Source: Adineta vaga (taxonomy: Eukaryota > Animalia > Rotifera). From it: DNA of 64,000 nucleotides. This document shows, piece after piece, positions 51,701-64,000 of this stretch (the stretch's first letter is position 1; each line of letters begins with the position of its first letter). The stretch covers positions 6,944,001-7,008,000 of the forward strand of contig CP075497.1 of the NCBI GenBank assembly GCA_021613535.1, given 5' to 3'. A program made the translations under genes and the position numbers. The notes below the pieces were generated by a model that did not search any database, was not told where the DNA came from, and saw only the letters and a program-made list of their open reading frames with translations.

Positions 51701-54700
51701 TTGATGTGGAAGAATACATGGAATATTCATTATGAAAACTAATTTGATAGATAGAAATTTCATTGATCAATGGTAAATGAAAATGAGCTGGCTCAAAAAA
51801 TATATTTAATAATTCGCGTTGATATTCATCGAAACTGAATGGAAAAAGATGATCGTCTTGTTCAATAATTTCATTTTCTTTTGCACGTTGAATATTTTGT
51901 TCAATTTTAGTTTCATATTGATCGTATCCAATTGTTAGAAGAAGATCTTTTTGATCCTTTTGTTCATTTGTTAAAGTATTAATTAGATCATCAACAGATT
52001 TAATATCTGAGGATTGATTTGATAAGATTTGTTTGTTTGAGATATTCGCAACGTTAAGACCCCCACCATCAATACTTGTAGTTGTGGACGTCGTATCATT
52101 GTCTTTGTCTAGTGAATCCGTTTCATAATCGCTTGTTGGCGAACAATGACTAGTGATAATTGCTGATGCAACTTGATTGATTTGTTGGTCAGAATTGGTT
52201 GTATCGGTAGTATTACTAGTCGATCTCTCGTCTTCGAACCTCTCACACACAGAAGAAGCATCATTAGCAATAGCAGAAAGATTCACACTCGCACACTCAG
52301 TATTAGTTCTCGACTCTACCTGTTGATGTTGTATAGTTTCAAGATTTTTTTCTACAGTCCATTGTTCAACTAATTGTTCATCATGTGGAAATATATTCGA
52401 TGTAAACCATTCAGTTGGTAACGCTCGACTAAAATAGGGATGTTCTTGTTCATATCGTTCAATAGCACGTTGTGTACTATCGTGATTTGATCGAAACGAT
52501 GTTGAATAGGACAAAGAAATTTGATCAATCAATGGTAAATGTTGTTCTGGTTCGAATGTATCTTCAAAACGAGTTAGATAGGTGTCCATATCAACAAGTG
52601 ATGATGTTTCTGAATAAGTTGGTCGAACACGAACTTCAATATCGACAACAGTTGGTGGTGATTGAACATGAACAGCATCGATTAATGGTGGATTTATATG
52701 AGATGTATCGATTTGATCGATATGATCTGGATGAATTGATGAAATTGTTGAATAATCGAGTTCATCATTGGATGAAACTTGTTGTTGTTCTTGTTGTTGT
52801 CGAACACGACAGATTGGTCTTGATTGATTGATTTGTGTTGGAGGTACTAAATGTATTCGATCGATACTTTGAATATCAACATATTCATGTACTGGCGATG
52901 TTTGACGAAATTCATTGACATAATTTTCTGATTCTTTCAAAGATTGTTCATCGACTGCGGGTAAGATCGATGGTAAATATCGTAGTTCAGATTGTTCAAT
53001 TTGTAATTGAAGATTTTTTTGATGATGATAATGTTGATCAGGAATTTGTTCATCAACTACTCGTTGCCATGGTGGATTGATTTCTTGATTATGTTGAGGA
53101 TAGTTTATAGTTAGAAAAGCAGTAGAGCGAAGAGGATTCTCTAAAGTAGCTGTCTCATTAAAATTTATATTGGTTGTTTCTTGATGTCGTATAAGTAGAG
53201 AATCATCTGAAAATAATGATGTTCGTTCATCAATCATTTGCAGATGATTAGTGATAGGAAGACATAAGATCTCCTGATTATCTATCGATCGGTCACTTAG
53301 AAGTGGTTCTTCATAGGATTCAGTCGTATGATGTTGAGCTGAGACGAGTTCATCATAGGGATCAACACGCTCATAAACATGATCATATTGATGAATGTTT
53401 GTTTCGATATTTTTAGTCATTTCTTGATCATCAGTTTGAATATGTTCATGTTGTTCACGAGCGAGAATTGCTTTTGGCGAATGAATTCTCGCTTGTTCAT
53501 ATTTAATATTTGCTGGTTGTTGTTGTTGAGCATTTTGTAAATCTGGTCGAATTTCTGTTGAAAGTGATTTAGCTTGTTCATCTTTCCAATCTGTATCATA
53601 GACAACAGTCGATACTCGATTTCCTTCTTCAATTCTTGCAAATGTTTCTTGATTATAATCAGTATTAATTATTTGCGTAGCATGCTGTTCATGAACAGCA
53701 GTCATAGCAGTAGTCAACTCTTCGAGCAGCAAAGGCGGGATAGTTGTCTCAGCAAGCTAGAAGGATATATATTATGCATATGAATTGGATTTGGTGAAGG
53801 GGTGAAAAGCATCTGGGATGGAAATGAAAAAAAAAACAAAGCACATGTTTTTCTTTTTCTGAACAAATATGTCGATACAACGTGGAAAGCAAGAAAATAA
53901 AGCTACGATATTTAATGTGAATACAACAATGCGAAAATAATATTATTTGCTTTTTTTTTCGTTCGTGAGACCTTTCACCATATGCTATGTTTTTTTTTCT
54001 TTCGTTATATACATATATCATATAACCAACACCTGATAGAGCAGCTTTCTAAGAATCACCTTTTTTTTATACACTTACCATTCGTGGAGCATTGAATGAT
54101 CGAATAGGTCCACGTAGGGATACACGACCCAAAGAACCATTATAGGAGACTTCATTTTCGATCGCAGTTTCTTCACGGACAGCCATTGGTTCTTCATCAA
54201 TATCCTTTGAAAACAGGAGGAAAGAAATTATATTTTAGAGAATTGACAATAAATAGATTTACTTGAGCGATAAATTGTTGATCATGATGTGTTCGTGCTG
54301 GTGGATGATGTGATAATGGTTGAGTAATATCATCAAGAGATGATAAAGTATGTCGATCATATTCAAGACGAGCCGAATCAATTGTTGAACGTTTTAAATC
54401 TTGATCAGAACCGAATGATGATGTTCGAGACAGTGGAAGTTCATTTTTTTTACCTATATAAAGACACAAGATTGTGTATTATAATAGTCAGTGACGACGA
54501 TATGACGAATCATATGTTGTTGTTTTTTTCAATTGGAAACAAACAAAAAAAAATCATCATAGAGCAGCATGACTCACTCAAGAGTGAAGATGGTAGAGTA
54601 ATATATAGTTCAATAGTTGGTATTTCTATTGATTTATCATCAAGAGTAGTAGTAGAAGAAGAAGAAGAGGATATTGTATATATTTGAACCTACTTACCAT

Positions 54701-57700
54701 AATTATAAACAGTACTTTGTTCAGATTGTTTAGATATTGCTAAAGGTTGAACAGGTTCTTCTGTTGATCGAAGATTTTCTCTCGAAACATGTTGAGCAGG
54801 AATAAAAGGACTTGTTTGTTCATATGTCGTGTCAGTCAATTGATTCTGTTGTGAATGATATTGTTTAATAGGTATTGGTTGTCCCCATTTGATTTGATTT
54901 TGGTCAGCTCGATTACTTGTTTGATTATCTTGTCGAACATCTGAACTTGTGACACGTTCTGACAAAGGAATTCTTTGAATGATTTCTTGATCAATTGTTT
55001 CATAAATAACAGGTTCATCAGTACGTTCTAATGTTTCAATCCGATCGATTCGATGACTATCAATAATACGTGTATGTTCTCTTGAAATATTTGATGTCGG
55101 AATAGTTGTTGTATGTTCAAAGATTTCAGTCGAAGTATGACGAATAGGTTGAATATTCGTATTTGGATCGGTTTCTACTTGACGAAGAAGATCTAATGCA
55201 CGTATACGTCTTTGATAATAATCATCTTCATGTAAATGTTCCAAACGATGTTCGTCTGCTGGTTCTAATAGGCGAATACGTGATGCATTCAATATCATGG
55301 GTTGTTCACTTGCTTGTGAAGTATTTAATGATACGATACCACTATCCGTTGGTACTTCATTGAGCTTATTTCGAGTTGGTTGTCTTACATTTGTTGATGA
55401 AACATTCTCAAAAATAGCAATATCTTGTTCAACTTTAGCCATATGTTCAGCAAGAGGAGTTATTAATTGCGTATGTTGAGGTCGAATATCTGGTTCAAAA
55501 TGGCTTGTAACTTGTTCCCTTGATTCATCATGTAATTGACCAATATTAGCAGCAGCTAATAGTAATGGTTGTTGTCGAATATCATGTTGATATTGTGGTT
55601 GATCAGGTGTAATCATAATCATAGCATGTTCATAGTCTTGTGCTGGTATTTGTAAACGTTGAGCTTGTTGTGCTAAGAGATTCAATTCTTTAACTTCACC
55701 TTGATTTAATGTTAAAATTGGTTTTATTTTAGCTATAGATAAATCATAATTTCCAGATTCAGTTTCAACACGATCAGCTTGACAGATTCGAATTTTTTCT
55801 CTTGGTGGTGATGGTGTATAGATTTTTGCTTGAGGTCGATGTGGTGAAATAATTCTAACTTCACTCGATGTAATGATCTTAAAAATCAAGACATATCTTA
55901 TTTTTACCTATCTTAGTGTAACTGTGAACTAAGGGAATTTCATTCACAATCAGTAGATGTAGAGCAGTGAAAACTAATCTTTACCTGAACTGGTCTTCGT
56001 AGACTTGGATCATATTCACCATTTTGAAAGAGAACTTGTCGTGAAGAAGTCAATGCACCATCGATCAGATCATCTCTATATGGTTGAATTGTACTGTTAT
56101 CGATTCGTTCGGTTCGTATATGACTTTGAAGTCGTTCTGGAAAATCTGGAGGAGCAATAGTTGTTAGACGTGGCTTTTCATATTGATCTGTTGTGCTTGT
56201 AGTTGTCATGTGAATTTGTGTAGGAGGTCGTTTAATAATTGAGAATAATGTTGGTGGAGCGGTAGTACCAATATGATGTACAACATCCGTATTACCATCA
56301 TCAGCTAGAATTCGACGAGCTCGATCCACGGGAACTTCTCTTGTCTGTACAACAACCGGTGGTCGAACGATAATAATATCGTTATGTGAATCATCTGCAA
56401 ATTGATCAACACCTTGTTCATTAGTACGAAGAATACGAGCTTGTGTTAAATTTGATGGACGATATGGACGATCAACGATTGCATTAATTGGTAATTCAAT
56501 GATAGGTGGTTGAGATGATTTCAATGCATTGCCAATCTCTATATCGGAAGTATACATTGGTGAAGTTCCAATACCTAAAGTAGATTCGTGAATTCAAAGT
56601 ATAACTATCATTATAACATACCAGCTATCAACTGTCCTTGTCGTTCTCTTCGACGTCGTTCTAATTCAATGGCAATCTTTCGTTTATAATTTTCCAAAAC
56701 GAATGGTTTATAAATATCAGCTACATCTTCGACTGTAAATGATGTTGGTGTATTAAATGGTTGTTTATAACGTAAATGTTCTTTGCGAACTTGATATAAA
56801 TGTTCAGCTGATAAACTACGACCTAATTTATTTGTTGGTTCATCTCGGAATTCTCGATTACGATCTTGTCGCATCAATGCTTTATCACGTGCAATATTTT
56901 CAACATGTCGTACACTATCTTGCATACTACGATTCAATTTTGAAATATAAAAGTCAGCAATAAGATCGCTCGGTCGATCAAGTAATGAACGATTAACTGT
57001 TGAAAGATAGCGTCCTAACTGTTTTTGATGTGGAACAGTTCTACGTTGATTATCATCAAACATTTGATCTTCTTCTTCATCAGACCAAAAGGATGAATTT
57101 GATTTAATTTCAACATCACTATCATTGTCCATTGGCTTAATTTGTGAGATAGTTGTTGTTGTTGATGGTGGATGTCGACCTTTTTGTTTTGTATATTGTG
57201 AAGCATTCGAAACATGACCAGCAATCGATGCATCAATACCACGAAAACTATCTTGTACAATTTCATAAAATAAATCCACACCTTGAGTAGGTGCCACATA
57301 ACTTGTTCGAAGATTTGTTGGTGTTTGAGAGTGCTAGAAAGAAAACAATATGATCTAAGATGATGATGAAATCTATGTCGGGTCCATTTTTTTTCATGTC
57401 CTGTAGAACAATGTCTGAGTATGTTTACAATGGCTTCTATTTACTTTCAAGTTAATAGAATTCTTTTTAATGCAGCAATTGACTTCATACGTTTTGAGGT
57501 GTTTCCTCTTAATATAAAGCGTACAAAAGCAGTTGAATAAACAGTCTGTTAAAACACCAAAATTCCAATGTTTTCTTTTTTCTTTTCGATTAATGATTTA
57601 TTTCGTTTTGCAATGTTTTCAACAGGTTTTATCACTCTACGACTAGACCAAATTAGCATTGATATTAACGAGCAATGTACAATCAATATTTACACAACTA

Positions 57701-60700
57701 CTTGTCATTTCTATGTTACTATTTTCATTACAAACATCATCAACATTAGTTTGATTAAAAAAAGACGAAGAAAGGCAAATCTGCTGAGATAAACAAAACT
57801 AGTCAAGTTTCTTTTTTTTTTGAAACCTTCGATATGAAAGATCAATGTGAAATATGGCAACATTTACATATGATTTCGATTATGAATAAGAAAGAGAAAA
57901 GTTTTAATCTATTGAACAGAAACTAACCTTCGTCTTTTTTGTGTGATATTAAAAGATTAGATTATATAAGAATTCATCGATCATTTATCAAGTAGAAATT
58001 CGATATGTTTGAATACTTTAATAAATGGTGATATAAGCAGTAAGAAAAGAACGAAAAATTGTTGATGAGGCAATTATAGCCAGGTGAAACGAATTCTCTG
58101 CGAAATAGCCTGTGTATTTCGTTAAATTTTCTTCTCCTTTTTTTTGTTGAAAATAAATATAAAGATAAAACAAGGAAACTACTTACTGAGGTATGTGATT
58201 TCACTGAGCGACGATCGATTTCAAAACCGCCTGATTGTGCGTCAATATTTTCATTTAAACTGCCAGTCATAACGGGACTATACGAAATCGATAAAGGTGA
58301 TAGATGTCCAGCACCGATGGATGATGTTGGTGTTGAAGATGTGATTTGTCCATCATAACTGGCACTTAATCGAAGACGTTTTTCTTTATCAATGGCTCGT
58401 TTCATTTTGTAAGCTTCTAGAGCTTGTGACATATGAATATCTTGTATATCTTCATAAGTATATGATCGCATATTAACTCGTGTTTGAAAATGTCGATTTT
58501 CTTCACGTCTTAGATCATCTATGTATGTTGATGAGAAACATCGAATTAAATCATGATTTAATTCACGTTGTAATGATTGATTTTCAATAAAACGTAAATA
58601 ACGATGAGCATCTTGTTCTAATTGTTTAATACGACTTGTATCACTTAAATAATTACGATCAATTAAACTACCATTGACGTGTTTTAATATTCGATTATGT
58701 GTACTATTGGTATTTAAACTACGATTATATATTGTTGGACGTCTTTGTGGTTCATCATCATCACTGTCCATGGGATAATCGATGGGTGGTTCTTCTTCTT
58801 GTGCATAATATTGACTAATATAACTGTGTGCTTGTGCTTGTTGAAATGGAATAGGTGGTGAGAGAATCTGTTGTCGACGATATTTTTGTTCGGTTAATAA
58901 AGCAAAACGGTCAACTGATTGTTGAAAAGCTTGCGGTGATCGACCACGTTTTTTGATTGCTAAACGTTCCTTTGCTTCGTTTAAATAGGATCGTTGTGTT
59001 GATGATGGATCAAAACGAACATTTTGAATTTTATTTGGTGGTGATCGTCGTAATGTCGATAATGAACCATTTGTTGATGTGACAGTATCCATACGTGTTG
59101 GCGAATATTTGGATATTCGTCGACGTTCTGGACTCATACTTGATGTACGTGGTCGTTTCAATTGTGAAGTTGAAGTTGAATCAATCGTACTATCAAAGAT
59201 AATATGTGGTTGTTGCCGTTGTTCTAACCAAGCATCTTGAAAAGAAAAGCATACAATCTAAGTTATTTAGAAAGGATGCCCAATTTGTGTTACTGTATTT
59301 TACAAAACAAACTCTTCATGCTTATCTTTCTGCATTCTTTTTTCTTTCTGCTTTATTTGCAGTTGTTAACGCGATTTACTTACCTTCTGGGTTGACTGAC
59401 GATGTTGCACTTGGTTGTCGCTGGGATTCTGTTGTCTTTGAAAAAAGATAAGGTGTATCAGGTACGATAGTCGTTGGTTGTGTTGATTTTGTTGTTAGCG
59501 AAGACATTTTATCAGATGAAACTGATGTTCCATCAATAAATGTAACAGCACGTTGTTCTAATCCGGAACCAGATCGAACATATGTTAATATTTGTTGAGG
59601 CTTTTTAATAGAATCATCTGTTGAAAAATAATACCGATCCGAATCAGTTGAATGTGAACGCTGTTCCAATTGTCCATTAGGAAATTTATAAATATCATTA
59701 TTATTTTGATCAGTGGTTGTGGAAGAAAACTTATAACGTTTTCTCATTGATGGTGGTGTATTGGATTGTTTGTTCTTTTTTGTTGCAGATATACGCGAAT
59801 TTTGATTATCATTTGAAAGTGAACGAAATAGATAACGATCAGTCACATGTGAAGTTGATATTGATGAAGGTAATGGTAAAGTTGAAGTCGACATATTTTG
59901 ATTATTATTATTATTATTGTTGTTATTGCTGTTGTCGGTATTGTTATTGTTATAAACGTTATCCAATCGAGATAATAATCGTTTGAATTTTTCAACTTGT
60001 TCAATATTATTTTTTACAATAGGTAAATGTGCTTCAATTGTAAAACAATTGCCACTACTATGGTCTGGTGAATGAGATGATGAACTGAATAATGAGGAGG
60101 ACGATGAAGATAATGAGGAGGGATCTGCTAGTGACGGTTGGTTATCCGAAGAGCCGTTCACTAACTAAAAGAAAGTAAATATTCGTATATTAGTGAGTAA
60201 TTATCTGATCGTCTATGTGTCACAGCTGCATCTTAGCATGGTTTAGAAAAAAAGGAATAGAAGAAAAAAAGGGAACACACTGAGCAAAGCGAGAAAAAAA
60301 ATATTTATAAGAAAAAAAAAGTTGGCTGCACTTGGCTTCTACCGTTATTTTATTCCTTTTTTTCTTCTTCTCATTTGCTTTCTCTTTTTTTTATATTCTG
60401 GCAACGCGACGCATGTTCTTTTACTATCCTACGATAATGCAATGAGAGCATAAAAGACTGAAGAACTTCTTCCTTTTCTTTTGATGTGAAATTCAAAGTA
60501 TAAACGGTGTGCAAAAGTGTAAAAGAGCTGTCCGCATATGATTGAACTTATTCTTTCTTCTGTCTATGCGTCTCAACAAATCTAATGAGAAAATCATTAA
60601 CCTTCACGGTACCATACGATTCAAACCCCTGAAGCTGAAGTATGAATGAATGCGCATGTTTGCTGTCAACTCTTAAAACAGTATAGGAAGACATTTTGTG

Positions 60701-60973
60701 TGTGTTCTATTTGCCTTTCTTCGCTTCGTCAAGTTATATGTGTGTTTTATGAAGAATTGATGTTTGCAAAATAAAACTGCTGCAGAAAAAAAACCCGTGA
60801 ATAATCTCAAATGGAGAATGGCAGTAAGAATAAAGAAGAAAAATGAGTCACCAATGTGAGAAGAAAGAAGGTGTGAAATATTTTAAACATACAAGAATCT
60901 CGTTTTTCTTTGAAAAACAATGTGAATAATCAGAACTTACCATGATACGTGGTGAAGAGATTTCAAAATTCAT
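39783..60973 (-). CDS. Giant (~4,100 aa, ~19 exons) mostly disordered S/T/Q/E/R-rich protein, probably a cytoskeletal or junctional scaffold; no recognised family
   Basis: Consecutive long minus-strand ORFs (59376-60161, 57974-59161, 56611-57297, 55940-56557, 54690-55889, 51264-53732, 45960-46739, 45307-45956, 44284-44757, 43144-43617, 42238-43100, 41589-42200, 39895-41328). Junctions I checked are phase-compatible GT-AG. Start MNFEISSPRIM at 60973, stop at 39783. Could be more than one transcript. Confidence 0.7.
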
Positions 60974-62919
60974 GTTCGATAAAACAAAACTCTATCTATG
61001 TTCAGTTTGTTTTAATCGGGTATAATCATAATCGCCTTGACCACACACGCACGAAAATAAGATAAAATAAAGAGAAGATGAGTCTATGTATGCGTCTACT
61101 ATTCGATGGTCAAAGACAACAATCGAAAGAAAGAAGGAGGAAAAGAGAGAGAGATGAATTGCAAAAGAAAAAGAAAAAGAAAACGAAAAGGACCAAACCA
61201 ATGCTTAAAATTAATCAAAGCCATATTGTTGAATGAAGAACGATAAAAAAAATATCGATGCAAAGAAATCTTTAAGTCACATGTAAACAAGATAAGCGCG
61301 CGCACTCGTTCATATTCATGTATGTAAAAGACAATGAACATTGAATGAGTAAGGTAACAAACATAGAAATTTTATTCTCTTTCGATAATTCACACGAAAA
61401 CATAGAAGAAGAAAAGATCGGCTGTCTGCTTGCGCCTATCACTTTCATTGACCTTCAAGATATCGGGAAAGAGACAGTTAAAACATGTGCCTAAATGAAT
61501 GAAATCAAGGCAGATTTAAATCAATATTTTCCTTACGTGTATAAATCCTTTACGAGCAACAAAAAATCAAAATCTCAATGTTAACAATCTTGTCATTGAT
61601 TCTCTGTCTCTTTGTTAACAGTTTTTTTCTTTATCGATCACAAAAGTTAGTTACAAGTGTTTTATAGACGATGTGTAATTTATTTTTGTCGAATCGATGT
61701 CGATTATAAAAAAATAAAAATTGTAAAACGCTGACAACACAACAACCGCAATAGCAACAAAAGTTTTACTACTGTACATATTTGACGATGTGCTGTTACA
61801 CTATTTATTTTGAAGTTTTTTTCTCTTTCACTAGAATCTGTCCTTTTACTCTCTCTCTCTCTCTCTCTCATATTCATTTTGTCGATTCTTTTGAAATTAA
61901 ATCGTCTCTTCTTTCTTGCAATTTTCAAGTGTCCTATGTAAAGAAAAGTAAAAAAAAAAGTAAGAGAGAAAGAGAAAATCAAAATATACACATGAGTGTA
62001 TACACACGAATGCCAAGCATATATATTCGCATGCATAAATGAAGCCATATACGGGACCTTTCTTGTAATGGTCAAATGAACTAAGAACGATCAGCACGGA
62101 TAGAGTTCAACGACGTAAACAGAACATGCAACGATGCGAATTCTTTTTCTTTGTTCTCTCATTTCATCAACTTAAAGACGAAGTAGAAGGAGAAAAAAGA
62201 AAGCACTTATCCTAATTTAAAAAATTCCTCTTGAAATTAAAATCAATCGAAATTTTTCATACTTCAAATTTTTTTATATTTAATCAACACACTGATCGAT
62301 GTCTTATTCATAGAAGAGAAGAAAACAAAAATTGAACAGTCCACTTTCGAATATTCTTAACATTCCTTTTGGGACAATAACAAATAATGACGTAATAGAT
62401 TTACTTTAAAAATTTGCATCAATATGTAACTATACACACATATTACACTCGAATTACTGCGCTTCATTGCGACTATTTCTAGTAGCTATAGTATCGTCTC
62501 TCTCTCCCTGTCTCTGTCTCTGATATATGTTTTTACACCGACGGTGCCGCCATTCGTACGAGTGTTTATGTCTTTCGCAGAGAACAATCACACTTCACTA
62601 AACACTCGCTGTTATTTACTCAGCATGTGCTTCGTTTTCTTACGTGACATTCAGGCAGATAAGGATCGATAACTTATCGGACTTTGAATATAAATATCGA
62701 GGTATATTCAATCGATTGAATAAAACAACAAAAGAAACCTTTATTTACCTGTCGATCAACTCCTCTTCGATTTTAAGTAATCAAGTGGAGTAGAATTGAC
62801 GATAAGAAGTGATCGTCGATATTAAGAAGAAATTAAATTTAATTTGAGAAGCAGTCAAATTGAATTATTGTTCTCAGTTGATGACTGCTTCTCGTTATTA
62901 AAAATCAAGGAATAATACA

Positions 62920-62941
62920 AGAAGAAGAAGAAGAAGAAGAA
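62920..62941. repeat. (AAG)n microsatellite
   Basis: Tandem aag run in non-coding DNA. Confidence 0.8.
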
Positions 62942-64000
62942 ATAACGAAGTGAAGACGCAAAAAAAGAAAACTTATACATCTTACATTTTTACTTTGTAC
63001 AATCGGCACCACTTCGCCTCCGCACCTTCTCTATTCTTGCTGCCAGCATACGTCTTTCTTTGACAAACTGCACACCATCTTTATAAAATCAATATTATGT
63101 GCACAATTCATCACATACGTACACATTCATCAGTTGGATGCTCACTATAAACTAGTTAGGATTCACTTTCTCCCTCTCCCTCCCTCTTTCTTTCCCTGAT
63201 CGACATAATTTTTTTTCTTCTTACATATAAATCATACTAAAGTATTGCGGAATAAAATCTAGTTGAGTAATTCATATACGCGTGCATCTACTCGTGTATG
63301 CATGTGCGTGCGTGCATGTGTATATGTATTGTTATTTCATCTCGAGTCAATATTGAACCTGGCTTATCGTTGCTCAACAGATGATACTACTCCAGTGTCG
63401 TTCTTTTTCATTTTTCTCCTTCTCTGTCAAATTATCAAAAGATTACTTGAACTTCGTTGTGATGGCGATCATAGTCTTCTCTGTTCTTTTTTGTTCTGCT
63501 TACCGCTTATGTCATTATAACAAGGGGCTCAATAATCGTCGGACTAGAATAGTAATAAGCAAATGACTTTATATATATTACAAATTGTACTTCTGTACAA
63601 GCAGTTACATGATTTCTCTCCTTTTTTTTCTTTCACAAGTTTTTTTTCTTCTTATATGATCAAACGAGCTCAAATGTATACTACGTTCGAAGGTCAATTT
63701 TGTAGTTCTTCATTCGATAATTTGTGCCATATACATATTCATAGATGTGTGATCTGCATTTCGAGACAATGATAATCTTGTCGTTCTTTACATTTGACGA
63801 AACAATATCAATTTATCGTCACCGCACACCAAGCAAAAATAAACGAATATGGACACATACAGAGATATTCAATTTCAGAGAAAGCCGAAAAATCATTACG
63901 TCCTGTATGTATGACATAACTACATAACGAGCACTCATAAGTAGAAAAGAAGAAAAAAGAAGGTACTACGCCCATCAACTTCCACTTGAAAATAACAGTG

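Noticed and set aside
61000-64000. Short ORFs upstream of the giant gene
   Set aside because: Low-complexity GA/CA/T-rich sequence with no protein motifs; most likely 5'UTR introns and regulatory DNA.
1-64000. CRISPR arrays, tRNA/rRNA genes, intact transposons, prokaryotic operons
   Set aside because: None seen. The sequence is spliceosomal-intron-rich eukaryotic DNA.

Overview
Eukaryotic, very AT-rich, gene-dense animal DNA with many ~50-60 nt GT-AG introns. This fits a bdelloid-rotifer-like genome, which is an inference from intron size, composition and gene content, not proof. The ORF track is fragmented by introns, so genes were spliced by eye. In order: PSMB5 (-); a PAM2/SBP2-like disordered protein (+); PWP1 (+) with a candidate intronic H/ACA snoRNA; an intronless SOCS-box protein (+); an unknown protein (+); MIC26/27 (+); a secreted potato-inhibitor-I protein (+); a secreted 12xEGF + chitin-binding protein (+); a Ly6/uPAR GPI-anchored protein (+); an RNAi-type RdRP (+); a TRIM E3 ligase (+). 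Then a tightly packed minus-strand run of 2H phosphoesterase > UGDH > GNL1 > TOM22, a possible decayed nuclear receptor, and a ~21 kb minus-strand gene for a ~4,100 aa mostly disordered protein. Best leads: (1) the operon-like 2H-UGDH-GNL1 arrangement; (2) a 62-aa module that I do not recognise, present twice in the giant protein; (3) an SBP2-like protein with no L7Ae domain; (4) the intronic snoRNA candidate matching a conserved LSU pseudouridine site; (5) the RdRP-TRIM pair. No database searches were run; family calls rest on recognised motifs.
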